From Candidatus Yanofskybacteria bacterium RIFCSPLOWO2_01_FULL_39_28 (GTDB lineage Bacteria > Patescibacteriota > Minisyncoccia > 2-02-FULL-40-12 > GWA2-44-9), in contig MGKE01000001.1 of NCBI GenBank assembly GCA_001794635.1, forward strand, positions 1 to 56,168: a DNA stretch of 56,168 nt, in the 5' to 3' direction. Positions 1 to 8,964 of this stretch are shown one piece after another. Position 1 is the stretch's first letter; each line of letters starts with the position of its first letter. The translations under genes and the position numbers were made by a program. The notes beneath the pieces are model-generated. The model had not been told where the DNA came from and made no database searches. It was given only the letters and a program-made list of their open reading frames with translations.

Positions 1-161
1 ACTTAGAAAAAAGCTGTTTGCTGGTGCTAAATTTACAAGAAATGAGCTACAATAGAGATACTGATTTCGGTAACACTTAATTATTGTCTAACAAGGACCA
101 AACAAAAAAAGACCGAGCTAAGCTCAACGAACCGGATGATAAATTAAAGAGGCGAGAGGGA

Positions 162-1019
162 TTATTTCCCCATAAAAAGTTTGATTTTGGCAGAAACCAC
201 CTTCTTCATTTCTTCTACCCCCGGTTTGAGATACTTGTAGGGCGTAGTTTCACCTGGTTTGTCGTGAAGAGCTTTGTGGAGACCTTTGGTATAAGCCACC
301 CGAAGTTCAGTATTGAAATGGACATTAGTCACACCGGCTTTAATAGCCGCCTGAACATTAGAATCTTCAAGTCCGGAAGCGCCATGTAATACATAATAAA
401 CATTTGGCACTGTTGCCACTATTTTTTTAAAATGATCTATGTCTAATTTTTCTTCTTGTTCGGTAACAATACCATGAATATTGCCAAAAACAACCGCTAG
501 TTGATTAACCCGCGTTTTGTCGTAAAATTCTTTCGCCTCTTCCGGTTTGGTAAAATCAGCTGACGTTATTTCAACTTTAGTTTGAACCTCGGACGAACCG
601 CGAAGATATCCTATTTCCCCCTCAACCAAAGTCTTGCCTCCGACAGACTTGGCGTATTCCACAACTTTTTTAGTAGCAGAAATGTTATCGGCAAATGACA
701 TCTTTGACTCATCTATAATTACGGAGTCATAACCGGCATCGATCGCTTCCCGGCACTTATCAAAACTCTTAAAATGGTCGGCGTTGAGAAAAACTGGGAA
801 ATTAAAATGCTTCCTAACTGCACCAACTAAGGCTACCGCCTCATACATTCCAAAAAATTCTACCTCACCCTCTGATGTTCCAACCATCACTGCTGGCGCT
901 CCAGCATCCCGCGCCGCTTCAACAATCCCCCTCAAAACATCTTCAGTGGAAAAATTAAAATGCCCAAGAGCATAACCACCCTCACGAGCGTTTTTTAAAT
1001 ATTCACTAAGGGTGTTCAT
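162..1019 (-). CDS. fba: Class II fructose-bisphosphate aldolase
   Basis: Motifs ALGHFN, DH (FLNADH), DSVIID, VEGEIG, GNIHG, VLHGASG, NTELR; 285 aa. Confidence 0.93.
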   Translation of the reverse strand: MNTLSEYLKNAREGGYALGHFNFSTEDVLRGIVEAARDAGAPAVMVGTSEGEVEFFGMYEAVALVGAVRKHFNFPVFLNADHFKSFDKCREAIDAGYDSVIIDESKMSFADNISATKKVVEYAKSVGGKTLVEGEIGYLRGSSEVQTKVEITSADFTKPEEAKEFYDKTRVNQLAVVFGNIHGIVTEQEEKLDIDHFKKIVATVPNVYYVLHGASGLEDSNVQAAIKAGVTNVHFNTELRVAYTKGLHKALHDKPGETTPYKYLKPGVEEMKKVVSAKIKLFMGK

Positions 1020-1043
1020 ATATTTAAAGCGGGTCTATATCCT

Positions 1044-2303
1044 CTAGAGCTCAATAAAGCCACGAATGATATTCTCGTCAATCAACCGATTCATGGTTTC
1101 CCGTCCCATGTACTCAGAAAAAATCTTGTTCCAGAGGGCCTCTTGATGATGATAAAGGTATTTAATGTGTCCCTTTTTAACTAGGGACATTGTAAGATCA
1201 ATAAAGTTAAAGCTGACTAAAACTTCTTCCCCGTTTCTGTCTTTAAAAAAATCTCCGACAAAATCTAATCCTGTCCAACAACTTAAACTTACTCCTCCGT
1301 CGTCTTTCTTTAGCATCCTGGATAATCGCTGGAAATCACCTTCGGCTCTAAACCAATGTTCGGCTTCCGGATTAACATGGGGTTGAAATAAACGAGGGTC
1401 GTTTTCGTTGTCTTTAGCTAAATACCTCTGGACTATTCTCCAGATAACTTGACCGCCTTCCATGATTTGTCCTGATGGAACATCACCCCGCAATAGTGAT
1501 TTAAACTTAATGTTAAAATCAGAATCACCTATGTAACGCCTAAACAGAGCCGAATAAAACGGCACTTCATGCAAATAGTGAAGAATGAGAGTGAACATTC
1601 TTGATGTTTCTCCTGGAATGTCTATCTTAATCGGGGTTATAAATATAACTCCAAACTCCTTGAGGTGGCTAACATTGTGATATTTCTTCTCAAGATACTT
1701 TTCTGCCACTTCAACCCACTTTTTGTCTAAAACAATCAATTCAACGTCCCTTTCCTCAAAATCGGTTGGCTTCAAGTCACTATAGGCTTCATCAAAAAAC
1801 TTATGCATCCACTCCTGGTCTTGAGCAAAACGAAGAGCGCTGACAACCGAAGCAAAACCTTCTTTTTCAACTAACTCACCGACGGAAGAATAGCCAAAAT
1901 GTTTTAGAAGATTATCTGGTTTGTATTTATTTAAAAGCTCTGTAACTTTTTCGTTTTTTATAAAAAGGCCCTTTGGAGGAGCAAAGACTTGAAAGGCCAC
2001 TTCGCACATTTTACCGCAAGTTGATGACATGTTTCCCAAATCCGGCTTATCTAAAAGCTCAAATAAGTGCTTATCAATGTGGCTTAGTTTATTAATCAAG
2101 GCCCCATATATTTCTTCGGCCAAAGAATCTTTGGGTAATCCTAATTCAACCAAGGTTTTCTCTACCAGAGCATTATTTTCGGCCACAATAGCATCTATTA
2201 CACTTGCCTGACCGGTAATAGATGTCATCTGTTGATCCAAATTCATAAGATCTCCCTGGGAGATTCGCAAAATTTTAGCTACTTTAACAAAAGAATTATT
2301 CAT
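1044..2303 (-). CDS. Hypothetical protein (419 aa) inside the sugar-phosphate operon
   Basis: Long ORF co-oriented and tightly packed between pfkB and fba; no family recognised. Confidence 0.85.
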   Translation of the reverse strand: MNNSFVKVAKILRISQGDLMNLDQQMTSITGQASVIDAIVAENNALVEKTLVELGLPKDSLAEEIYGALINKLSHIDKHLFELLDKPDLGNMSSTCGKMCEVAFQVFAPPKGLFIKNEKVTELLNKYKPDNLLKHFGYSSVGELVEKEGFASVVSALRFAQDQEWMHKFFDEAYSDLKPTDFEERDVELIVLDKKWVEVAEKYLEKKYHNVSHLKEFGVIFITPIKIDIPGETSRMFTLILHYLHEVPFYSALFRRYIGDSDFNIKFKSLLRGDVPSGQIMEGGQVIWRIVQRYLAKDNENDPRLFQPHVNPEAEHWFRAEGDFQRLSRMLKKDDGGVSLSCWTGLDFVGDFFKDRNGEEVLVSFNFIDLTMSLVKKGHIKYLYHHQEALWNKIFSEYMGRETMNRLIDENIIRGFIEL

Positions 2304-2305
2304 AT

Positions 2306-3331
2306 TTAAATTTCTCTAACTTTAACTTCTACTAACGGCCACGGACCCCATTCGTCTTTATTTAAAATTCCGGCTTTTGCTCCATATTGAGTCACAACAG
2401 AAGAAGCATTGGCGGTAGCAAACTGTATCGCTTTGATAATTGTCTCTTTTTTCTCTTCACTTGTTGCTTGTACCTTGTCCCTTGTCGTCCCTTGTATATA
2501 TTCTACCACAAAACCTGAACTGAAAGCATCCCCAGCCCCGGTTCTCTCCACAACTGGTGAATCCGGTACTCCGGCTGAATAAATATTTTTGCCGTCAGAA
2601 ACAACTACCCCTTCCGGCCCCTTGGTCATAACGAATACGCCATCAATGACTTTATCCATAAATTTAAAAATCTCGTCTTCTTGTTTAAAATCAATACCGG
2701 TCAGTCCGGCCGCTTCTTCTTGGTTCATAATTACAACGGAAAAGTGTTTAAGCAATGGTTTCAGTTTCTCCAGACCGTGAGCCAGTTCTTTACCTCCGGG
2801 GTTAGTCGCTAATTTAACCCCGTTTTCAACTGCCCAATTAACTGATTTCTCCAAAACCTCATAAACACCGCCGAGACTATCCAAAAAAAGCCATTTTGAT
2901 TTTAAATTTTCTAAATCTAGCTTTTTAGGATCAAAATGTTGACCTTCTCCTTTATATGACAAAATAGTTCTCTCACCTCCAGGATGGACCAAAATAACTG
3001 AATAAGCCGTGTAGTTGTCGTCGTGTTTCTGGAAATGTTTAACATCAATATTCTCGCCTTCAAGCTCTTTTAGTATCTCTGCTCCGTTGAAATCCTGTCC
3101 AACTACCCCGATACAAGCAGTTTTGAGACCTTGTCTGGAAAAGGTAACTCCGGCATTAGTACCCCCGCCGCCTGAAGTCAGAACAATTTTTTTCATTTCA
3201 ATCTTTGAACCATAACCAAGACAAATGGCCTCTCCGGTCGGAAAGTCATCCATCTTATTAAATCTCTTCAGTTCATCAGCACTGAATAAAACATCTCTTG
3301 TTGCCGAACCGATTGAAATAATGTCGTACAT
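2306..3331 (-). CDS. PfkB/ribokinase-family carbohydrate kinase
   Basis: GGGGTNAG N-terminal signature and RTGAGDAFSSG C-terminal signature; likely start ATG 3331 (MYDIISIG), not 3376. Confidence 0.92.
   Translation of the reverse strand: MYDIISIGSATRDVLFSADELKRFNKMDDFPTGEAICLGYGSKIEMKKIVLTSGGGGTNAGVTFSRQGLKTACIGVVGQDFNGAEILKELEGENIDVKHFQKHDDNYTAYSVILVHPGGERTILSYKGEGQHFDPKKLDLENLKSKWLFLDSLGGVYEVLEKSVNWAVENGVKLATNPGGKELAHGLEKLKPLLKHFSVVIMNQEEAAGLTGIDFKQEDEIFKFMDKVIDGVFVMTKGPEGVVVSDGKNIYSAGVPDSPVVERTGAGDAFSSGFVVEYIQGTTRDKVQATSEEKKETIIKAIQFATANASSVVTQYGAKAGILNKDEWGPWPLVEVKVREI
2458..2495. repeat. Heptamer tandem repeat in frame within pfkB
   Basis: Coding strand ACAAGGG-ACG-ACAAGGG-ACAAGGT-ACAAGCA-ACAAGTG. 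Confidence 0.8.
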
Positions 3332-3345
3332 AGAATAAAGATTAG

Positions 3346-3483
3346 TTACAAAAATGGTAATGGGCCAATCCAACAATCAGAAAAATAACATATAACCCTT
3401 GCCGTATATTCCGGAGCAAAAAATAAGATAATAATTATTAATAAAATTAAAATTAAAAATGACAATAAAAAACTCTTTTTCAT
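3346..3483 (-). CDS. Small membrane protein (45 aa), absent from the ORF track
   Basis: Hand translation MKKSFLLSFLILILLIIIILFFAPEYTARVICYFSDCWIGPLPFL*; fills the rpe-pfkB gap. Confidence 0.55.
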   Translation of the reverse strand: MKKSFLLSFLILILLIIIILFFAPEYTARVICYFSDCWIGPLPFL

Positions 3484-3487
3484 GGTT

Positions 3488-4126
3488 TTATTTTAAAATT
3501 GCCCCATTAAGCTCTTCGATGGCTTTCTTAAAATTCTGACTCTTAACAATATAACTCCCCGATACCAACACCGAGGCTCCGGCTTTGACCAATTTAGGAG
3601 CAGTTTCAGATGTTATCCCACCATCACACATAATCATTATATCAGGATATTTCTTGTGAAATGCTGATATTTTATCAACAACTTCGTTAACAAAATTACT
3701 GCCCTGAAATCCTGGGTGAACGGTCATAAACTGGACAAAATCAATTTCGTTAAGATATTGTTCAATTTTATCAACATAAGTTTCAGGATTTAATGACAAA
3801 CCTACTTTTCTGTTGCGTTCTTTGATATCTTTTATGATTTCGTTCAAATTTACATCCGATTCCGCATGAATAATAAATCTTTCAGCTTGAGTGTTAAACC
3901 ATTCTTTTATAACTTCTTGGGGTCTTTTTACCATCAAATGGACGTCAAATTGAGCAGATGATTTTATTTCTCTTAAATCATTGTAACCCTTAATGGTTTT
4001 GTTAGGCACAAAATCACCATCGGCAATATCAATATGAATTCGGCCAGTATGAAACTCTAGTTTATGAACCAACTCTCTGAATTTATCTGACGAGTCAGTG
4101 AGAATAGCAGGAATGATTTCGGTCAA
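3488..4126 (-). CDS. rpe: Ribulose-phosphate 3-epimerase
   Basis: IHIDIADGDFVPN, DVHLMV, MTVHPGFQG, DGGI, LVSGS; TTG 4126 is the likelier start because the track start 4156 lies in a tandem repeat. Confidence 0.93.
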   Translation of the reverse strand: MTEIIPAILTDSSDKFRELVHKLEFHTGRIHIDIADGDFVPNKTIKGYNDLREIKSSAQFDVHLMVKRPQEVIKEWFNTQAERFIIHAESDVNLNEIIKDIKERNRKVGLSLNPETYVDKIEQYLNEIDFVQFMTVHPGFQGSNFVNEVVDKISAFHKKYPDIMIMCDGGITSETAPKLVKAGASVLVSGSYIVKSQNFKKAIEELNGAILK

Positions 4127-4200
4127 GCTTGTAAGCACATAAGCTTGTAAGCGCATAAGCTAGCTAATCAGCTTACTGGCTTACCAGCTTATTAGCTTAT
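4127..4200. repeat. Octamer tandem repeat between the dehydrogenase and rpe
   Basis: Minus strand CTAATAAG CTGGTAAG CCAGTAAG CTGATTAG ... CTTATGCG CTTACAAG CTTATGTG CTTACAAG. Confidence 0.8.
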
Positions 4201-5160
4201 TAAATTGGGGGGTGTCCTTCCTTCAAGCGCTTCAATGATATTTTGAGCGGCCATTTCGGCCATTTTATTTCGAGTTTCTTCGGTAGCCGAGGCAATATGA
4301 GGAGTGAGTATTACGTTGTCTAAATTTTTTAATTCGGGTGTAATCTCTGGTTCAAATTCAAAGACATCAATCGCCGCTCCGCGAATAACCCCATTTTTCA
4401 AAGCTTCGGCCAGATATTTTTCGTCAACAATCTGACCACGGGAAGTGTTGATGAGGTAAGCCGTTTTTTTCATCATCTTGAGTTTTTCTTCGTTTATCAA
4501 ATGATGGGTAGAATCTAAAAGAGGGACATGAATAGATACAAAGTCACAATGAGGCAACATGTCGTCTATTCTTTCAAAATATTGAGCTCCAAACTCTTTC
4601 TCAAATTCTGGATTAGCTTTGGGATCAGTATATAAAATTTTCATTTCAAAACCTCTAACCGCATGAAGGGCAACTCGCGTACCAATACGGCCCAAACCAA
4701 CTACTCCGAGCGTCTTGCCGGATAAGTCAGTCCCCAAAAGCAAACTCGGTCCCCAAGCTTTATATTTATCGGCTCTGGAAAACCGATCAGCTTCGCTTAT
4801 CCGATGAGCTATTGAAAGCATCAAAGCAAAGGTGTGCTCGGCCACAGTGTTAGTAAGAACCCCGGGTGTGTTAGTAACCATCAAATTACTTTGCTTGGCC
4901 GCTTCCAAATCAATATTATCAAAACCAACGGCGTAATTAGCAATTATTTTTACCGTCGGAAGTCCAACTTCCATAATTTCGGCGTCAATCTTATCGGTTA
5001 ATACCGACAAAATTGCATCAGCGCCTTTAATTCCGACCATCATCTCATCCTTGGTAGCCGACCTGTTTTCGGCTTTCTCGTTAATCAAAACCTCGTAGCC
5101 CTTGGCTTGAAGCATTTTGATTCCTACTTCTGGTATCGGTCTTGTTACAAATATTTTCAT
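4192..5160 (-). CDS. D-isomer-specific 2-hydroxyacid dehydrogenase (glyoxylate reductase/D-glycerate dehydrogenase type)
   Basis: AVGFDNID, GLGRIG Rossmann motif, LINTSRG, DVFEFEP, TPHIAS. Confidence 0.92.
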   Translation of the reverse strand: MKIFVTRPIPEVGIKMLQAKGYEVLINEKAENRSATKDEMMVGIKGADAILSVLTDKIDAEIMEVGLPTVKIIANYAVGFDNIDLEAAKQSNLMVTNTPGVLTNTVAEHTFALMLSIAHRISEADRFSRADKYKAWGPSLLLGTDLSGKTLGVVGLGRIGTRVALHAVRGFEMKILYTDPKANPEFEKEFGAQYFERIDDMLPHCDFVSIHVPLLDSTHHLINEEKLKMMKKTAYLINTSRGQIVDEKYLAEALKNGVIRGAAIDVFEFEPEITPELKNLDNVILTPHIASATEETRNKMAEMAAQNIIEALEGRTPPNLIS

Positions 5161-5168
5161 ATATAACT

Positions 5169-5615
5169 TTAATTATTAGATTCTATTTTTTTTATTTCTT
5201 CCAGACGGCGTTCATATCTTTCTTTTGTATCATATTCTGCCGCAAGAAAAGCTCTAGCTATCTCTATCGCCTTGTCCTCACTTAAAAAATCGGCTGATAA
5301 CGCCAAAACATTTAAATCTTCATCGTGAACCGAGGCCTTGGCTTGATCTGGCTCAGATATAGTTCCCGCTCTAATACCGTCTATTTTGTTGGCGGTCACA
5401 TCAATACCTATACCTGAACCGCAAATTAATATACCCCGATTACCTTTTCCCGATACGACTTTTCTAGCCACCGCTTCGCCAAATTTAGGATAGTCGTCAT
5501 CTTTATCATACTCAAAAGGCCCAACATCTTCATACTCATAGTCCCATTCAGTCAATTTTTCTTTTATTTTTTCTTTAAGGGCAAATCCCTTATGATCGCT
5601 TCCGAGATATATCAA
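5169..5615 (-). CDS. rpiB: Ribose-5-phosphate isomerase B
   Basis: GSDHKG, DYP, GILICGSGIG, ANKIDGIRA, RYERR; TTG start. Confidence 0.92.
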   Translation of the reverse strand: MIYLGSDHKGFALKEKIKEKLTEWDYEYEDVGPFEYDKDDDYPKFGEAVARKVVSGKGNRGILICGSGIGIDVTANKIDGIRAGTISEPDQAKASVHDEDLNVLALSADFLSEDKAIEIARAFLAAEYDTKERYERRLEEIKKIESNN

Positions 5616-5620
5616 ATGAA

Positions 5621-5683
5621 TTTGGAATTTGGAATTTTGAATTTGGAATTTTCTAGATTCTAAATTCTAGATTCTAGATTCTA
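5621..5683. repeat. Heptamer tandem repeat between trxB and rpiB
   Basis: TTTGGAA-type x4, then ATTCTA-type x5. Confidence 0.85.
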
Positions 5684-6661
5684 CTTTGAAAGTTGATTTA
5701 AATATTGAACCGCTGAAAGAGTTGCTAAACAGCCTTGGCCGGCGGCAATTACTATCTGCTTAAAGGGAACATCGGAAACATCTCCAGCGGCGTATAGTCC
5801 AGGAATATTGGTTTCACATCTGGTATTAACTTTTATCTCCCCAAAAGGATTTTTCTCAACATTATCGGGAGCAATACCAGAATTTGGAACCATGCCGATA
5901 TGAACAAAGGCTCCGTCTGTTTGGATTTCATATTCCTTACCTTCTTTGTCTATGTATTTAATACCGGCCAGGAATTTGTCACCAACAAATTCTTTTGTTC
6001 CAGCTTCATAAATTATTTCTACTTTATCCTTGGGTTGAAAACTTAATTTTTTAATTAAAACGTCATCACCTTTAAAAGCTGGGTTTTTATTTATCACATA
6101 AACCTTCTTGGCAATATCAACGCCCATAAGAGCTGATTCCAAAGCCGAATTGCCGCCGCCAATAACCGTTACGGTCTTGCTCGTAAATAAAGGCATATCG
6201 CAAGTTGAACAATAGCTGACACCCTTGTTGCGAAACTCCTTTTCTCCGGTAATTCCTAACTCTCGTGGATGGACGCCGGTAGCAACAATAACTGCTTTAG
6301 CAATATAGTCACATTTCAAAGCGCTTTCGTTTCCATTCGGCACCTTGTCGGCCGCTTTCTCTGTTTCGTTTCCTTTTTTAGTAGAAACGCAAAAAGTGCC
6401 GTCTTCCTGCTTGGTAATTTTATTAACCCAAACACCTTCTTCAATGTCAACTTTATAATATTCAAGGTGTTTCTTGAATTTATCAGATAATGTGATGCCG
6501 TCGGTATTGCCATCACCGGGCCAGTTGCCTATTTCCCCGGAAGTGGCAACTTCCCCGCCAAAATCTTTGGTTATTATTTTTAGATTCAAACCCCTACGAA
6601 TACCATATATACCAGCAGTTGTTGCGGCGGCTGAACCGCCAATAATAAGAAGGTCAAACAT
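5681..6661 (-). CDS. trxB: Thioredoxin reductase-family FAD oxidoreductase
   Basis: IIGGSAA, GVSYCSTCD (CxxC), VIGGGNSA, GLYAAGD; likely start ATG 6661. Confidence 0.9.
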   Translation of the reverse strand: MFDLLIIGGSAAATTAGIYGIRRGLNLKIITKDFGGEVATSGEIGNWPGDGNTDGITLSDKFKKHLEYYKVDIEEGVWVNKITKQEDGTFCVSTKKGNETEKAADKVPNGNESALKCDYIAKAVIVATGVHPRELGITGEKEFRNKGVSYCSTCDMPLFTSKTVTVIGGGNSALESALMGVDIAKKVYVINKNPAFKGDDVLIKKLSFQPKDKVEIIYEAGTKEFVGDKFLAGIKYIDKEGKEYEIQTDGAFVHIGMVPNSGIAPDNVEKNPFGEIKVNTRCETNIPGLYAAGDVSDVPFKQIVIAAGQGCLATLSAVQYLNQLSK

Positions 6662-6667
6662 AATGAA

Positions 6668-6765
6668 AAATGTAAATATCAAAATGTAAAATGACAATTC
6701 AAAATATTAAAATTTTATAACTTTACACTGTCATTTTGATTTTTTCATTTTGAATTTTAAATTTA
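6668..6765. repeat. Imperfect inverted repeat built from heptamer-like units
   Basis: AAAATGACA/TGTCATTTT and TCAAAATG/CATTTTGA arms. Confidence 0.7.
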
Positions 6766-6791
6766 GCTAAATATATTATATCATAATAATC

Positions 6792-8147
6792 ATGAACAAA
6801 AAGTATCTCGTGTTAATATTGTTAGCCCTTAGTCTTATAACTCGTTTTATGTTTTTCGGTTATCCCAGTGAAACTGTTTTTGACGAAGTGCATTTTGGCA
6901 AATTCATCTCTGGCTATTATACCAGAGAATATTTTTTTGACATCCACCCGCCAGGTGGAAAACTGGCAATTGCCGGTTTTGCTAAATTATTTGATTTCAA
7001 ACCAGGATTTGCTTTTTCTGAAATAGGCAACGAGTATCCCGATAAACAATATTTGATATTGCGTTTTTTGCCAAGTTTAGCCGGGGCTTTGCTGCCTTTA
7101 GTAATATTCTTACTTTTAGTTGAACTGGGGATAAGCCGTTCAGCGGCCTTTTGGGGTGGCTTACTTATAGTTTTTGAAAACGCTATCCTAACGCAGTCTC
7201 ACTACATCCTTCTTGACTCGCTTCTTTTACTCTTCGGCTTCTTATCTTTATTGTTTTACTTTAAATCCAAAAACTACTTTCTACTTTTTGGCCTCTTCTC
7301 TGGCCTTGCTATTTCAATTAAATGGACAGGGTTAGGATTCTTGGCTTTACCTCTTTTTGTTGAATTTATTCAGATTATAAAAAACAAAAATCCCAAACAA
7401 ATTATAGAAAAAATCATATTCCCCTTAATTGTTGCTGTATTTGTTTATTCTGTTATTTTCCTAACTCACTTAGTTATTTTGGATAAATCTGGTCCGGGAA
7501 ATAATTTCATGAGTCCGGGATTTCAAAAAACTCTTTCAGAAAATCGTTTTGAAAAAGATTCCCAAGTAAAAAAATCCAATCTTTTCCAAAAATTCACAGA
7601 ACTGAATGCTGAAATGTATAAATCCAACCAGCGTTTAACCGCCCAACATCCTTACTCAAGTAGTTGGTACTCTTGGCCATTTATGGCCCGGCCGATATAT
7701 TATTGGGTTAACGAAAATGCCAGAATTTATTTTATTGGAAATCCTGTTATATGGTGGCTATCTACTGTGACGGTTATTTTTGCCCTTATTTCTTTGATTC
7801 AAAATTTAAGATTTAAAATTCCCGCTCCTTTGGAGCGAGGCTCGCTCAACAAAGTTGAGTGGCAAGATTCTGTTATTGTTTTTCTGACCGCCGGTTATGT
7901 TGTTAATGTGCTTCCCTTCATAGGCGTAAAACGGGTCATGTTTCTGTATCATTATTTAACTGCCTATATTTTTGCCCTCATGATTCTTGTCTGGTTTGTT
8001 TCTCAACAAAAAAACTCTGAAAAACTATTCAGAGCCCTAATAATCGCTTCGGTAATTTCTTTTATTTTCTTTGCTCCACTTTCTTACGGTTTAGATCTTT
8101 CACCCAACGCTTACGAATACCGCGTCTGGTTTTCTAGTTGGCGTTAG
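6792..8147 (+). CDS. Dolichyl-phosphate-mannose-protein mannosyltransferase (PMT/GT39)-like
   Basis: VFDEVHF, FFDIHPP, KWTG, HPYSSSWYSWP, GNPVIWW, MFLYHY; multi-TM. Confidence 0.9.
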   Translation: MNKKYLVLILLALSLITRFMFFGYPSETVFDEVHFGKFISGYYTREYFFDIHPPGGKLAIAGFAKLFDFKPGFAFSEIGNEYPDKQYLILRFLPSLAGALLPLVIFLLLVELGISRSAAFWGGLLIVFENAILTQSHYILLDSLLLLFGFLSLLFYFKSKNYFLLFGLFSGLAISIKWTGLGFLALPLFVEFIQIIKNKNPKQIIEKIIFPLIVAVFVYSVIFLTHLVILDKSGPGNNFMSPGFQKTLSENRFEKDSQVKKSNLFQKFTELNAEMYKSNQRLTAQHPYSSSWYSWPFMARPIYYWVNENARIYFIGNPVIWWLSTVTVIFALISLIQNLRFKIPAPLERGSLNKVEWQDSVIVFLTAGYVVNVLPFIGVKRVMFLYHYLTAYIFALMILVWFVSQQKNSEKLFRALIIASVISFIFFAPLSYGLDLSPNAYEYRVWFSSWR

Positions 8148-8246
8148 ATTTTTGTTTTGCCGTATTCTCCAAAGGCTAAACAACAAGTACTTAAAAACAA
8201 ACCGAGAACCATTCAACGAACATCCCCCACATCTTACCAAATAAAA

Positions 8247-8822
8247 TCAGCCCGTCAAAGGCTGTAGTAGTTCCTCTAGCAAGTCGTCGACTTCAAGTTT
8301 TATGGCTTGCTTTTTGAGGTAGTTAAAATTCAGTTTTTTTCCTGAAGACTTCAAAATCGATCTCACATCTTCTAACTGAACAGCCGACCCGCCTTGATTG
8401 TGCCACTCTAATTTATTTAATATAAGGTCCTCCGGAGATATGAAATATATCTTCACCCCCTCAATATTTTTTAATACCCGTCTACGAAATTCGGAAAGTG
8501 ATTTTTCGTTATTTTTGGCAACCCAAAAATCAACTTTTAAGCCACTGTCCGGATCAATGAAATTAAATTCGCCTTTATTTCGTATAGCTTCTTTAGCCGT
8601 ATCTTCATCAATATAGCCCAATCTTGATATTTTCCTTAAGGCTTTGGCCAACAGACTGACTTGAGATTCAAGAATTTTAATAACAACATCTATGTCAGAT
8701 GTGGAACGGGGCGTACCCCAAACAGCCCTGGCAAGACCACCAGTAATAAAATATTCAATCTTGAGTTGATCGAGTATAGATACTACTTGAATGAGTAACT
8801 TTTCCGGATTTACTATTTTCAT
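8247..8822 (-). CDS. Nucleotidyltransferase-fold protein (AbiEii/DUF6036-like)
   Basis: ITGG-x(8)-R-x-T-x-DID motif; SPEDLIL-x-KL; LEDV. Confidence 0.75.
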   Translation of the reverse strand: MKIVNPEKLLIQVVSILDQLKIEYFITGGLARAVWGTPRSTSDIDVVIKILESQVSLLAKALRKISRLGYIDEDTAKEAIRNKGEFNFIDPDSGLKVDFWVAKNNEKSLSEFRRRVLKNIEGVKIYFISPEDLILNKLEWHNQGGSAVQLEDVRSILKSSGKKLNFNYLKKQAIKLEVDDLLEELLQPLTG

Positions 8823-8964
8823 TAAGATTGTGAAGTTTAAGGCAAAGCACGGTTAGTTTTGAAGCTAATTTCAACTTCTTACCCGCTGGCATTTCCCTAA
8901 AAATCTCATCTTGTATCTCTTGGCCAGTTTTGCCTTTATATTTTTTAAAATTAATCGAGTTCAT
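8755..8964 (-). CDS. Small protein (69 aa) overlapping the NTase start; possible antitoxin-like partner
   Basis: ATG 8964; QDEIFREM-x(3)-KKLKL pattern; 68 bp overlap with the NTase gene. Confidence 0.6.
   Translation of the reverse strand: MNSINFKKYKGKTGQEIQDEIFREMPAGKKLKLASKLTVLCLKLHNLNENSKSGKVTHSSSIYTRSTQD

Noticed and set aside
84-389. 101-aa plus-strand ORF
   Set aside because: Mostly antisense to fba; its 5' part is the repeat-like sequence.
6662-6697. Extended N-terminus of trxB (MSFYILIF...)
   Set aside because: Derived from the repeat element; the Rossmann motif fits ATG 6661.
2458-6765. Tandem arrays as a CRISPR array
   Set aside because: Units are 7-8 nt with no unique spacers, and there are no cas genes.
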